A DNA stretch of 64,000 nt, from IMG/VR virus record IMGVR_UViG_3300043084_000165, positions 1 through 64,000 of that record. The stretch is one strand, 5' to 3'. Below are positions 30,180 to 40,900 of this stretch, piece by piece (the stretch's first letter is position 1; every line of letters starts with the position of its first letter). The notes under the pieces were generated by a model. The model saw only the letters and a program-made list of their open reading frames with translations, was not told the DNA's origin and searched no databases. The position numbers and the translations under genes are program-made. Origin of the DNA: a virus (lineage: Duplodnaviria; Caudoviricetes).

Positions 30180-31010
30180 ATGAATGAGATTTTACTACAG
30201 GTATTACAGCAATGGGGAACTGCAGGAATCATAGCTCTTGCAGCTGGCTACGTATTGTATGATTCCTGGAAAAAAAGTAAAGAGATTGAAAAGTGGCTTC
30301 GTGACCAATTCAAGATGTCGTCCGAATCCCGCCAAGACTCCACCAACTCAATCCTGAATCTCAGCACCGCCATTGAGCAGCTCCGCAAAGAAAATGAGGA
30401 GTTCCGTGCAGAGATTCGTAGTCAGGTGTCTGCAGTAGAAAACAAAATAGATGCTCATGTGCTGGACTGTGAAAAGAACAACAGTCTTCATTTGAACGCC
30501 ATCTCACAACTCGCTCCAACCATTCACACCATCATCAATGATGGTCTCTCTTCTTGCGCTTGTGACCACATCGCAGTAGCGCTATTACACAATGGTTCGG
30601 TTGCATTGGGAGGAATCCCATACATCAAGTTTGGATTTATTGCTGAGAAGTACAATCCTATTGATTATCCACAAGACGTTGATCTCGTCACCAAATACAG
30701 AGATGATGACATCACCACACACAACAGATTGCCTGTCTGCGTAGTTCAGTATCCGCAGATTGAGTTTGACCTAACAGATGATGATTGTCAGCTGGCGGAA
30801 GTTGATCCAATTATATATAACCGTTGCAAAGCGATTGGTGTGAAACATATTGCTTTTGAGGCCATCCGCGATGCTCACGGCGATACTACGGGATTTGTTG
30901 TCATATATAAATTCAGCCAAGAATCACTGAATATGGATTCCTTGCATACTACAACAACAACTATTGAGCACTTATATCAAAATTTGATGGTTTCCCTGAA
31001 TGAATGTTGA
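30180..31010 (+). CDS. N-terminal TM + coiled coil + GAF-like domain (T4 T holin-like architecture)
   Basis: Single N-terminal TM; C-terminal alpha/beta domain ending in a GAF-like hairpin (IRDAHGDTTGFVVI). Confidence 0.45.
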   Translation: MNEILLQVLQQWGTAGIIALAAGYVLYDSWKKSKEIEKWLRDQFKMSSESRQDSTNSILNLSTAIEQLRKENEEFRAEIRSQVSAVENKIDAHVLDCEKNNSLHLNAISQLAPTIHTIINDGLSSCACDHIAVALLHNGSVALGGIPYIKFGFIAEKYNPIDYPQDVDLVTKYRDDDITTHNRLPVCVVQYPQIEFDLTDDDCQLAEVDPIIYNRCKAIGVKHIAFEAIRDAHGDTTGFVVIYKFSQESLNMDSLHTTTTTIEHLYQNLMVSLNEC

Positions 31011-31041
31011 TATTATTAGATAAACAATCTGATTTATATCG

Positions 31042-31374
31042 ATGAACACTAAATCAACAATACAACTCGTGGCAGAAGTGCTTACTGCAAAGGAAGGGTT
31101 TGCTGAGCATCTGGCAACACTGAATGAAAAGTATAACATTCGCAATAACGTGTTTGCTTGCGATGCTCATCATAATGCTGAGGAAATCACCACAGGATAC
31201 TATGGCGAAGTATCTACTTATGATACCTTAGATGAAGCTATGAAAAACTGTAACATTCTGTTGCAGGGTATTCGTATTCATGAAGGCAAGTACTCAGTGG
31301 GTAACTTATACGCAAAACTTTCAGATGTAAAGGAAGATCTTATCATCGACCTTTCAAATGCACAGGTACTTTGA
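31042..31374 (+). CDS. hypothetical protein
   Basis: 110-aa ORF. Confidence 0.7.
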   Translation: MNTKSTIQLVAEVLTAKEGFAEHLATLNEKYNIRNNVFACDAHHNAEEITTGYYGEVSTYDTLDEAMKNCNILLQGIRIHEGKYSVGNLYAKLSDVKEDLIIDLSNAQVL

Positions 31375-31730
31375 TGGCAGGACTGACTCTTGCGGGTGCT
31401 AAACCCAAGTTAGAAGCTGATCTCAAGCAGCTGCTTGAGGATGCACTATACGAAGCAGAGATGTCCATGCTCAACGAAGGAGCAGATATCGACTCAGGGA
31501 TTGCTGCTCGTATCAAAAACGATATTATAATGCCAGCCAATCGCAAAAAGGCACAAAAATTTGCCGAGCAAGCATACAAACCGCTTGCTCAGGCAATATA
31601 TGATTTTGTCTCAGAGATTGGTATTACTCTCACTCCGAAAGGAACGCTTATTGCTCCTCAGGCTCCATCAGGAGCTCTACCCATCACAGGAGCAGCTTCT
31701 ACCACAACACAAGATTTTACAATAACCTAA
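31374..31730 (+). CDS. hypothetical protein (possibly virion)
   Basis: ATG overlaps the previous stop; followed by a terminator. Confidence 0.7.
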   Translation: MAGLTLAGAKPKLEADLKQLLEDALYEAEMSMLNEGADIDSGIAARIKNDIIMPANRKKAQKFAEQAYKPLAQAIYDFVSEIGITLTPKGTLIAPQAPSGALPITGAASTTTQDFTIT

Positions 31731-31731
31731 C

Positions 31732-31758
31732 AAAAAAGCCCGCATATGCGGGCTTTTT
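31732..31758. terminator. bidirectional intrinsic terminator
   Basis: AAAAAAGCCCGCATATGCGGGCTTTTT. Confidence 0.9.
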
Positions 31759-32019
31759 CTATTCTCCGGTCTTTTTACCTACATTGTTATTCACCTTGAA
31801 TACGTCTGCAACAGAATTGACTCCAAGCAAGGTGGCAGAAACAATCATTGCTGTTGTGATAAGCGATTCAACAGTTTCACTTCCCCCCTCTTTTATAGTC
31901 AAATACACGATACACCCAAAGCATCCGAATAACATCAGCGTTCCGACCGTGCTCTTCTCCAGACCATCAGAAAGCTGATCTGTAGACCATTTCAGGAACT
32001 TCTTTATGTACTCATTCAT
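31759..32019 (-). CDS. two-TM small membrane protein (holin-like)
   Basis: 86 aa, two hydrophobic helices, charged C-terminus. Confidence 0.55.
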   Translation of the reverse strand: MNEYIKKFLKWSTDQLSDGLEKSTVGTLMLFGCFGCIVYLTIKEGGSETVESLITTAMIVSATLLGVNSVADVFKVNNNVGKKTGE

Positions 32020-32456
32020 AGCTTACTAATTGTATTTTCTGTTAATATCTTGAATTTAATATCTTTTGCCTTGCAAAATTCCAGTGCAGCTTTCCACTTA
32101 CATGAGTTGCGTGCCCATTCGCGTGCAGCCCAACAATTGTCGTTCTCAGGAGGCCTAGTCTGATTGGCTGGCTTTATCTCCACCAGCATCTTCGTACCAT
32201 CTGCGAACTCTACGTAGTAGTCTGGAAAGTAGCTGTGCATCTTCCCGTCCACGAAGAGATAAGGTATCTTGACACACTCGGATCCCCAACGCAGCACGTT
32301 TTTGTTGCTTTCCAGCCATAGCATAAACTTCTTCTCATAAGACGAACGATATATCACAGGTTTTGTCGGATCAATCAACTTTTTACAAGACTGCGGATTG
32401 ACATAACCCTGTGTATATCGTGAGCGCCGTGACGGCTTGAGACTTTTTATATCCAT
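32016..32456 (-). CDS. head completion nuclease (T4 gp4/TnsA-like)
   Basis: YRSSYE..FM..L....V..WGSE...IPY, YFPDY, VEIKP, KW.AA..FC. Confidence 0.88.
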   Translation of the reverse strand: MDIKSLKPSRRSRYTQGYVNPQSCKKLIDPTKPVIYRSSYEKKFMLWLESNKNVLRWGSECVKIPYLFVDGKMHSYFPDYYVEFADGTKMLVEIKPANQTRPPENDNCWAAREWARNSCKWKAALEFCKAKDIKFKILTENTISKL

Positions 32457-34516
32457 TAGTTACTTGCTGCTGCGGAGCTGTTAATTTTACGAGCTGCTAC
32501 CTTTGCCTCATATGCTTCCTGATCGGCCTGAGCGGTTTCAGACGTTTCCACAGCTGCTCGCTTGAACGCGCCCTTATCAGATTCCTCAGAAGAGGTAATA
32601 GCAATCGTTCCATCAGAGATACCAAAGTAGTACTGCCAGGTTTTAGCACTCACAGATGAGGACGATATGGCTTTTGCCGTGTTTTTTGCGGTTGCCATGC
32701 CTGACTTGCCAGCAGCTGCAGCTATGCTCTGGGGATCTTGCCCCTGAGTATTATAGCTACTTGAAGTGGATGTCAGTGAATCTACACTATCAGCAGACAT
32801 AGAGGCACTTACCTTTGAAGCATCGTAGTTCTTATTAGTTTTATAGTTCTCAGCAACCTGGTACATATCAGCCAACTTGCCTGACATGGAGTGATAGATA
32901 CGGTCATTACCCGACATATACATATTCTCAATACCATACTGGTCGCGTGGCTTACCGCGGTCGAATGTGCAGGTTACCTTGAGGTTTGTTGGGAAGTCAT
33001 CCAAGCCCAGCGGCCCTGAATGCTCTATCTCTGTGTTGGTGAGAATCATGTTACCCATCTGCATGATTGGGTGATGTGGGTTGCCTATGGTGATGTGCCA
33101 CAGGCCCACAGGAGCATCGGAGATGAGTGAGCTTGCGAAGTAACGAGCTGGACGACCCAGCTTATTGAGCATACCTCCCATGAGCATACCCCCCACCATA
33201 TTCAGCATTTGCTTTGCATATTCAACAATGCCTCCAGCCGATGTGATATTGGCTCTGAGCAGATTTACGCCGGATTTTAAGTCTTTGGATAACGCATCCA
33301 TAAAATCTGTAAAGCCGCCGTTTGCCTTGAAGATGGCCATATTAGAGAATACAGAGCTCTGACGAACACCTCCTCCTCGATAACCACCCTTCCAAAATCC
33401 GCCCGTGGTATAGGTGACTGAAAGAATAGATGCTATCAGGTCCAACATAGCCTGGCGCGGGTTGATGCCATTATAAGAGCGCAGCTCATACTCAAACACC
33501 AGGGTGATCTTTTGATCAAAATCAAGACCCTCTGAAGAACGGCCATATGCTTTTTTGACGCGATCAATATCACCATAGAGCTTTGTCTTATCATATTGAG
33601 TGTCTTTATAAGTGTATGGACCTGTACTGGCGGGTACCATACCAAAGTGGTTGCTGATGAAGTTATCCAGTGCATTATTGGCGCCACCACTTGTATATAG
33701 ACTACGAGCAGTTGGATTGAACATAGCTTCCATACCATTCAATAGGCCGTTATCGCCGCCTTCCTTAGTCAAGTCCTCCCATTGTGCATTCAGTTCTTTG
33801 TATGGCATTTTATAAGAGTACTTGAGGATCTGCTTCATGTCATTGCCTGACACCCCCAACCAGGTCACCATGGTGCCAATAGGGATGGCTAGGTTATCAT
33901 CAGTACTGTTCTTGCGTCTTCGAGCGCGAGTGCCAATGGGTGCGATAGAATCAAGCACAGGGATTGGAAATCTGCGTAGAGTTATCAAATAGTTATTAGG
34001 CACCTTGTTGAGATATTTGCAGTACATGAAGTCTGCATAGGAATAGGTAGCCACTCCAAAGTGACCTTGCTGTGAAGCCTTTACCAACTCACGAACCGTA
34101 CAGCCTGAATGCTTACGCAGCTCTTCACGATTGGTGGGGGTATCCAGCAACGGCACATTATTTGATATGCGCCATTCTGATGCTCCGATAACAGCCTTTT
34201 TAATAGCCTCTTGTGAATTAGACAAGTCTACCTCACCATCCCAGCCAGTCAGTACAGCAGAATACTTATTAAAGATGGAGCGCACACCAGGAGTACCGGG
34301 GAGATCTGGCTTGCCATCACGCGGCTCTTTATCCTCCAGTGTAGTAGCATCCCAACCCTGCGAATGTACATCGTTGAATGTGTGGAAGATACCAAAGTTC
34401 TTATATGTATTGAGCTCAGCGGCCACATCAGCAGATAACAAATCTACACGACCACGGCGGTGTGAAGAATGTGTGGACTGATAGGTCGCTTTGCCGAAAA
34501 TTGAGTTGCTAGCCAT
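32456..34516 (-). CDS. putative baseplate/tube-initiator-like structural protein
   Basis: 686 aa in structural context; tube-fold-like segment WHITIGNP...FPTNLKVTCTF. Confidence 0.45.
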   Translation of the reverse strand: MASNSIFGKATYQSTHSSHRRGRVDLLSADVAAELNTYKNFGIFHTFNDVHSQGWDATTLEDKEPRDGKPDLPGTPGVRSIFNKYSAVLTGWDGEVDLSNSQEAIKKAVIGASEWRISNNVPLLDTPTNREELRKHSGCTVRELVKASQQGHFGVATYSYADFMYCKYLNKVPNNYLITLRRFPIPVLDSIAPIGTRARRRKNSTDDNLAIPIGTMVTWLGVSGNDMKQILKYSYKMPYKELNAQWEDLTKEGGDNGLLNGMEAMFNPTARSLYTSGGANNALDNFISNHFGMVPASTGPYTYKDTQYDKTKLYGDIDRVKKAYGRSSEGLDFDQKITLVFEYELRSYNGINPRQAMLDLIASILSVTYTTGGFWKGGYRGGGVRQSSVFSNMAIFKANGGFTDFMDALSKDLKSGVNLLRANITSAGGIVEYAKQMLNMVGGMLMGGMLNKLGRPARYFASSLISDAPVGLWHITIGNPHHPIMQMGNMILTNTEIEHSGPLGLDDFPTNLKVTCTFDRGKPRDQYGIENMYMSGNDRIYHSMSGKLADMYQVAENYKTNKNYDASKVSASMSADSVDSLTSTSSSYNTQGQDPQSIAAAAGKSGMATAKNTAKAISSSSVSAKTWQYYFGISDGTIAITSSEESDKGAFKRAAVETSETAQADQEAYEAKVAARKINSSAAASN

Positions 34517-34593
34517 GTGCTAATATATTTTCTTTGATTATATAATGTCACGTCATTTCAAGCCGATATTATATAATCAAAGTAAATCGCAAT

Positions 34594-37500
34594 ATGACAG
34601 CAACCGAATGTTTACTACAAATATCTGAGTTGACCAAACAGAATTTGCAGATCTTGCAGGTCCTGAATGACTCTTTTTATACAAAATCCAATCACCTTTC
34701 CGCAGTGGTTGGCGACACAACGTATACCATCCCCTCTTATATAGCGCTTGAGAACAAAGTCAATCACTTACAGGATGCATTTAATAATTTGGTGCATGCT
34801 GCCAAGGCGGGAGAGACCTGGTTTAACTTCGATGGCAATTCGAAGGAGGTGCTTGTTCGCGGTTATCAGCAGGCTCCAAGCCCTGTTGACCTCACACCTC
34901 AGACAAGTTTTGAGACTGAGGCAAAGACTTTATTTAAGGACATGCTCACCCCTCAGCCATATCTCAACTTTGACATGTCTGCACTGCCTGATGACATTCA
35001 CCAGGTAGTTGTGAAGAAAATTGTACCTTATTCGCTGGCGCTCAAGAATCAGTTCTATGCAAACTGCTCTGACATCTCTACTCAGGGCACTGTGCAGCTG
35101 GACTGGACAGATGTTGTTCGCATCCTTGCTTCTGCCGATACAGGTGACTTTGTTTCAGGCACCGACTACCTGGAATATGACACTATCTATGACCTTCCAG
35201 TACGCAACTGTGTGCGCTCAGGTTCTTATATAGTAGAAAAAGTCGTCACTGACCAGATAACAGAGAACCTTGAGAACGTCTTAACCCTTAGTATTCACGC
35301 AGATACACCCCTCACCCGAACCTCATTTGACGGCCGCACCATTGACAACTTACAACCGGGTGACGAACTCGTTACTTATGACGGTTCTGCCAAGCTCAAA
35401 GTCCGCACTATTAACTTCAATTCAGGACTGCTGGAGGTGTTGGTAGAGTCTGGAGAATATGTGAACATCATTGGATCTTCTGATTCGTCTAACCCATCAG
35501 ATTATTCAATACTGAAATTATATAGCTCATCTGAGACAGCTCGGGAGCTTCATATTCCACTTGAAGAGGACCAGTATGTATATATAACTATTGCTCCTCT
35601 CAATCCACGCCTGAACCTTCAGTCAAATTGGAGTACTGGTCTATACTGCAATGTGGATAATCTCACACTGAAAGATACCGACACTGGATTCAGAAAGTAC
35701 TATAATGACAATGTGCTGAACCTGGGTGATGCTCTTATCGAACTGGGTACAGTATCTTATCCGTCTATCACACGTTATACTGAAGATCAGATGGCTACCC
35801 TGACAACTGCTCCCGCTACGGATGATATAAATCTTGATGTAGTACAAATCAATAAGCACCTGAATGATTCAGACACTGTCAAGAACATTCGTGCGCTGTA
35901 TTCACAGAAGAAACAGTACCAGGCAGACCTGTCAGAAGTGCAGTCGCGCATTGCTTCACTCACAGAGTCGCTCGCTGAGATTTCATTTGATGACATGTCG
36001 GGTACGCGTTCGGCTTATACAGCACAGATTGCAGAGCTTCAGGATCAACAGAATGAGCTAACCACATCTATAAACAAGATCATTGATAACATCGCCACCT
36101 CAGCCAACGATGCAACGATTCCCCTTGAATCCGCCAAGTTCCGTGCACGCGGTTACCTGGATGTAGAAGCCATTGCCAAGCGCATCGCAGAAGCCATGCC
36201 GGTGATCGGTTCGTCTGAACTGGGTATTCAAGAGGTGACCACTTCTGTTGAGTCTATCCGCGAAAATATCCTAGGTATCCAGTGCCGTTACAGATATCGT
36301 AATGCAGACATTCCACAGGCCAATGTATCAGTGATTGGTGACAAGTTCTTGTTTACCGAATGGTCCACATACAACCCACCACTCCGCGAGCGTTCTATGG
36401 TATATAGCGATGGCTCTTATGAAATCACGCGCGATGATGTGGATTCAAGCGGCTTTAAGTACTCAGACAATGTACCCAAGTTCAATCAGCTGGACATTCC
36501 CATCTCTCAGGGCGAGAATGTGGAGCTGCAGGTACGTATCATTTGGGGCTTTGGATATCCGTTCGTGACTGTGGCGAGCGAGTGGTCGGATGCACTTACT
36601 GTGGAGTTCCCTGATGAACTTGCTCAGGATGTTCAAGTGACCACCATCATTGAAGAGAACAACTCAGACATTGAGACTAATCGCTTCGATACCATATTGA
36701 GTAATAAGGGTATCACAGCCCATGCAGATGACTCCATTGACGACCAGGACATCACATACTTCCACAAGCCAGAGTCCATCAGTTCAGGCTTCTATACCTC
36801 TGAACGTCGTATTATCCCGCTGAAGGATAAGCTTCAGGACATGTCAGCAGACATCACCGAGCTTCAGGATATGATTGAGGGCACTGGCTCTGATATACTT
36901 TCAGCCAAGTTCATTGTGGATGGGGCGGCGACAACACTACTGCCTGATGTGAACAACGTAGTTCAGCTGCCTGCCTGGATTTCTGTATCAGAATCCGAAG
37001 ACTCAGTGCCAACAGGATCTTCTTATAAGAAAGATAGCTGGGTGTATAGTACAGGAAGCCTTACGCTGACAAATACAACTGAACATACTGTTTATTTATT
37101 CTCTGTATTCCCGGGTTCAAGAGATATTACTGTTGACAAACGACAGTATAAGATATTTCCATCTGATGACTTCCAAATCGACAATGACAAAAGCAAATCC
37201 GGTGTGGGAATTGTATGGACTGCGGATGATACACAAACAACCATCAAATCAGTAGCATACAAACAGCGCTGCAATCAGATCATTACATTCCGTAGAACTA
37301 ATCCATATGATGGTTCGCCACTGGGGCCGCTGGGGGCTTCTGATTACCCAAACTTTAACGAGTATAACGCATCTCATGACCAAGCCACGGGAGTATGCAA
37401 TACAAATAAGCCAGCGGGTCTGTTTGTCTACCCAATGTCTCCGAACCAGTACGGACTGTGTATGGATGCGGATGCAGTAAATGCGAAATATCGTTTAGCA

Positions 37501-37728
37501 CCAGGCGAAACTATTCAGTTTGATTGCATCATTGAGTATATGCTTAACAACACTAAGTCATCTGATGCATGGACGTTGGGTGTGATGGTTCGTACATCAC
37601 TGTATGCTGATCCACTTTATTATCAGATTCAGATTGTTGCGAAGTACAATCAGTCAACATCAGACTTATTGAATTCAGCCAAGACATCGGTTGATTCGTT
37701 GACCAAATATAGTGTAACAGTACGCTAA
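34594..37728 (+). CDS. large acidic putative virion structural protein
   Basis: 1044 aa, internal coiled coil, in an operon with tail/baseplate-like genes. Confidence 0.6.
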   Translation: MTATECLLQISELTKQNLQILQVLNDSFYTKSNHLSAVVGDTTYTIPSYIALENKVNHLQDAFNNLVHAAKAGETWFNFDGNSKEVLVRGYQQAPSPVDLTPQTSFETEAKTLFKDMLTPQPYLNFDMSALPDDIHQVVVKKIVPYSLALKNQFYANCSDISTQGTVQLDWTDVVRILASADTGDFVSGTDYLEYDTIYDLPVRNCVRSGSYIVEKVVTDQITENLENVLTLSIHADTPLTRTSFDGRTIDNLQPGDELVTYDGSAKLKVRTINFNSGLLEVLVESGEYVNIIGSSDSSNPSDYSILKLYSSSETARELHIPLEEDQYVYITIAPLNPRLNLQSNWSTGLYCNVDNLTLKDTDTGFRKYYNDNVLNLGDALIELGTVSYPSITRYTEDQMATLTTAPATDDINLDVVQINKHLNDSDTVKNIRALYSQKKQYQADLSEVQSRIASLTESLAEISFDDMSGTRSAYTAQIAELQDQQNELTTSINKIIDNIATSANDATIPLESAKFRARGYLDVEAIAKRIAEAMPVIGSSELGIQEVTTSVESIRENILGIQCRYRYRNADIPQANVSVIGDKFLFTEWSTYNPPLRERSMVYSDGSYEITRDDVDSSGFKYSDNVPKFNQLDIPISQGENVELQVRIIWGFGYPFVTVASEWSDALTVEFPDELAQDVQVTTIIEENNSDIETNRFDTILSNKGITAHADDSIDDQDITYFHKPESISSGFYTSERRIIPLKDKLQDMSADITELQDMIEGTGSDILSAKFIVDGAATTLLPDVNNVVQLPAWISVSESEDSVPTGSSYKKDSWVYSTGSLTLTNTTEHTVYLFSVFPGSRDITVDKRQYKIFPSDDFQIDNDKSKSGVGIVWTADDTQTTIKSVAYKQRCNQIITFRRTNPYDGSPLGPLGASDYPNFNEYNASHDQATGVCNTNKPAGLFVYPMSPNQYGLCMDADAVNAKYRLAPGETIQFDCIIEYMLNNTKSSDAWTLGVMVRTSLYADPLYYQIQIVAKYNQSTSDLLNSAKTSVDSLTKYSVTVR

Positions 37729-38501
37729 TGGATGACGTAGTAATGAAAATACGAAAAGGAGAGCTGGACTGCAACAACCAGCAGCTCTTCTTTTCTTCTT
37801 TGATAAAGGGCCTGATGGTGGACCTGCGATCGTTTATGAAGATCCGTGGAATCCCAGTCCCCCATATGATTATGAACACCGGCGACAGCACCATGTGGTT
37901 GCTGGAAAAGGATTATGACTTCTCCAAAGAGCCATGTGAGGTGACAAACGAACAGTATATATATAACGCAGTACCACGTTGTACCATAACAATTGGAGCC
38001 CTGGACATGGTGCCGGATCAGCTCACCAACCCATATACTCGAGGCACGTTTCAGTATGACACTGGCGATAAGCTGTATACACTGAGCGCTGAGTTTAGAC
38101 GCATGCCCGTTAAGATGCAGGTGAACCTGGACTATATGCTGGATTCGTTCACTGATGTGCTGGAGATGATGCAGCATGTCTGCACCAAACTCGCTTTTAT
38201 AAGAACTTTTAGCATAGTGTACCTGGGGCAATCCATAATGTGCTCCTATACTATACCTCAAAGCATTGAGGACCAACACCTGACCGAGATTCAGGGTGAC
38301 ACCCAAGAATCACATAGGCGTCATGTGGAGGTGCAGCTCGAAGTGGAATCTAACATTCCAGTGTTTGAGCCGCGCACGGTTATGGAGAACATTCCTATTG
38401 CACATCCGGTACAGAAACTTACTACCAACGAACATGAAATTGCTTCACGCGACTTTGCGTCCCGGTCGGGTTATAGAGGTTCTCGGTTCGGGAAACGTTA
38501 A
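37728..38501 (+). CDS. tail terminator/sheath stabilizer (T4 gp15-like)
   Basis: VPR..I.I..L and MPV...V.L...LD...D.LE..Q pattern; gene context. Confidence 0.55.
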   Translation: MDDVVMKIRKGELDCNNQQLFFSSLIKGLMVDLRSFMKIRGIPVPHMIMNTGDSTMWLLEKDYDFSKEPCEVTNEQYIYNAVPRCTITIGALDMVPDQLTNPYTRGTFQYDTGDKLYTLSAEFRRMPVKMQVNLDYMLDSFTDVLEMMQHVCTKLAFIRTFSIVYLGQSIMCSYTIPQSIEDQHLTEIQGDTQESHRRHVEVQLEVESNIPVFEPRTVMENIPIAHPVQKLTTNEHEIASRDFASRSGYRGSRFGKR

Positions 38502-39105
38502 GGTGGAGGCGCCTGGTCTGTTCTCTGCGGAGGATCAGGAGGTGCTGCCTGCTGTCATGCCATTTTTTGGTCTGCATGCCAATACATACTCCGAACCCAA
38601 GATTCAAGATGAGGTCTGGGTGCTCAATGTAACAGACAATCCGCTGCAACTTTTTTGGTTCCGTAAGGATGATCGCACAGGTCACAATGACAGCATCGAA
38701 GGTGAGGAGAATGTAGAGGTAATATGCAATCGTGAAGCCGGCACGGGGTATGCTACTATATACTTTTCAGATGGCACTGGCTGGATGTTCCGTAACGGAG
38801 ATTCTTATATAAACATCGAAGCGGATGGTAGCATCTTGTTGAACCCAGGTATTGCGAATCGTATTGTGCATCTTTGTGGCGATTCCATATCCCTGGGCTC
38901 AGAAGGTGGTTCGGAACATTCGGCATGCTATGGCGATGAGACCCAGAAGGTGCTGAATATGATTCAATCTTGCCTGGCCACCATTAGACAAGCAGCTGCA
39001 GCAAATCCCTATACACAGCCCATCGCCGAAGCGCTGGGTTCACAACCAGACCGTATCAAATCCGCTATACCAAAGATTATATCAGAAAATGTTACGCTCG
39101 ATTAA
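38434..39105 (+). CDS. baseplate spike/hub protein (gp5/gpV OB-fold-like)
   Basis: G.V......G.VKV..PGL, P.I.DEVWV, followed by beta-rich repeats; ATG at 38434. Confidence 0.65.
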   Translation: MKLLHATLRPGRVIEVLGSGNVKVEAPGLFSAEDQEVLPAVMPFFGLHANTYSEPKIQDEVWVLNVTDNPLQLFWFRKDDRTGHNDSIEGEENVEVICNREAGTGYATIYFSDGTGWMFRNGDSYINIEADGSILLNPGIANRIVHLCGDSISLGSEGGSEHSACYGDETQKVLNMIQSCLATIRQAAAANPYTQPIAEALGSQPDRIKSAIPKIISENVTLD

Positions 39106-39110
39106 AGAAT

Positions 39111-39353
39111 ATGGAATATAGACCAGCAGGCACACGTTACGCCGATATACATCGTTACGATCAGATAAAGCATCGTCCATATGACTATAAAACCAATGGA
39201 CTGCTCAAGCAGGTGCTTCCTGAGGTGATTGTAAATACGACAAATAGCACTACTAGGATTGTTCTTGACTTCATTGAGCATGTGGCACAGTTCTTGCTAT
39301 CCTATGTGGATGAGCTCAAGAATTTTAAGAATCCTAATGCAAAACTGCACTGA
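39111..39353 (+). CDS. hypothetical protein
   Basis: 80-aa ORF at the end of the operon. Confidence 0.65.
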   Translation: MEYRPAGTRYADIHRYDQIKHRPYDYKTNGLLKQVLPEVIVNTTNSTTRIVLDFIEHVAQFLLSYVDELKNFKNPNAKLH

Positions 39354-39355
39354 CT

Positions 39356-39448
39356 TATTTTAATGCGTTATATGCGCAGATAAAAGCAGCCCTGAAGATT
39401 TATATATCCTCAGGGCTGATCTTTTGTTAGAGCGCAAATAAATGCGCT
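39356..39448. repeat. dispersed palindromic intergenic repeat, copy D
   Basis: GCGTTATATGCGC...CAGCCCTGA/TCAGGGCTG hairpin...GATCTTTTGTTAGAGCGCAAATAAATGCGC. Confidence 0.82.
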
Positions 39449-39462
39449 TTATGAGTATTTAT

Positions 39463-39681
39463 TCAATTACGATTGACCTTGCCATTTTGATATCTGCGAC
39501 GAAGCCTGTTATACCAGTCAATCATGTCGTAACCCAACTGACCTGCACCATCGAAGTCCACCAGGGCTCTGCAAACCCCAACCGGGACCCAGATCACATA
39601 CAGCACCGTCATAATGATCAGACCAAGAACTGCGCGTAAGATGTTGCGCAAAATCACTTTCATATTCAAAACACTTTTCAT
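39463..39681 (-). CDS. small membrane protein
   Basis: 72 aa with one TM; overlaps the upstream stop. Confidence 0.55.
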   Translation of the reverse strand: MKSVLNMKVILRNILRAVLGLIIMTVLYVIWVPVGVCRALVDFDGAGQLGYDMIDWYNRLRRRYQNGKVNRN

Positions 39682-40772
39682 TTGTTACGTCCTCCTAATA
39701 ATTGGTTAATGGGTGCAAACGGACCTGTCCATTTGTAAAGATTTCCTTCAAACTCTACTACCACACCTTCCATGCCGTAGATCTTATTTCCTGTATACTT
39801 CCAGCGCATTGAAAACTTCTCTTTCTCGGTCATCAGAACTTCGGGGTCAAACATTGCTGCATTGATGTCCTTTTCAATTAACCCAGCAGCCTGATAAGAA
39901 GTATTGGTGGTTGCATTGAGCCCCTGCGCACCATCAAGGATCTGAGAACCGATACTGAGCACCGCGATATCCAGGAGTTTCTTCGTGTTCCATACGATGT
40001 TCTTTTCATTGTCCAGGATATCCTGAATACCCAACTTAGCGGCTTTGCGAATCTCGCGAAGGTTGATTTTCTCACTGACTCCGAAGAAACGATTGAATAA
40101 CAACCCCATGGTCTTAGGATCCGCATCTATAAATCGTTTCCATTCTTTGTTCATATATAGTGCGTACTCAGCCTTATAGTAGTCTTCAAGTGTGTTCTCA
40201 TCAGTCATACCCAACTTTGCAAAGCGCTCACATGCAAGGTTATAACCAAATGTGCGAGGAATAACATTATCGGGCATTCCATCATATGAGAACGTATCCT
40301 GTGATGCGCTGACTTTCTCAACGCACACGACCTGCCACTTGCCTGTGTTCTCCCAGGTGTATATGTTATGAGGAATCACTTCAGACTGCTCATAATACAT
40401 GATGTTAGTGACACCGCGGAGAACAATCTCTGCATTGAGGGTTGTGTGATTGACATTGAATTCCGGCACATCCTTCCAAAAACCGGCCTTTACAACCATA
40501 TCCCAACCGGCAAGGAATACCTCTTTTACACGACCATTAGCAAAGCGATTTTCAATATCCGCGCGACCAAATCCACCGAACTTGAGATCCTCACCTGAGC
40601 GTGCAAAACGGAGCTCACCATTGTTGTTCAGAATGTGAATATTAAAACCATCCACTTTCTCAGCCATCGGCAACTGACCTGCAAGTGATTTGAACGCGAG
40701 GGTCTTGAACTGACCGATTGTTAACTTAAGATTGTCATGTGGATGCATCATATGTCCTGATAGTCCTCCCAT
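39678..40772 (-). CDS. RNA-ligase-fold nucleotidyltransferase-like protein
   Basis: GHMMHP, EKVDG.N (motif I-like), EGVV (IV), YK.TG.FAP.NQ (V); ATG at 40772. Confidence 0.6.
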   Translation of the reverse strand: MGGLSGHMMHPHDNLKLTIGQFKTLAFKSLAGQLPMAEKVDGFNIHILNNNGELRFARSGEDLKFGGFGRADIENRFANGRVKEVFLAGWDMVVKAGFWKDVPEFNVNHTTLNAEIVLRGVTNIMYYEQSEVIPHNIYTWENTGKWQVVCVEKVSASQDTFSYDGMPDNVIPRTFGYNLACERFAKLGMTDENTLEDYYKAEYALYMNKEWKRFIDADPKTMGLLFNRFFGVSEKINLREIRKAAKLGIQDILDNEKNIVWNTKKLLDIAVLSIGSQILDGAQGLNATTNTSYQAAGLIEKDINAAMFDPEVLMTEKEKFSMRWKYTGNKIYGMEGVVVEFEGNLYKWTGPFAPINQLLGGRNK

Positions 40773-40811
40773 ATTGTTTATATTTTTAACTGTTACTGAT
40801 TTTGTTCTGAT

Positions 40812-40845
40812 GAAGATATATAACAAAGACGCCTCAAAAATTTAG
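40812..40845 (-). promoter_or_regulatory. phage promoter motif
   Basis: GAAGATATATAACAA...AATTTAG on the + strand. Confidence 0.78.
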
Positions 40846-40900
40846 AATGAAGCCAAGAAAAATAAGCTATTATATTAAAAAATTAACTTCGTACAAATAA

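Noticed and set aside
37725-38306. 193-aa antisense ORF and other shadow ORFs (e.g. 1490-2014, 44389-44913)
   Set aside because: They are fully opposite well-supported genes and have no motifs
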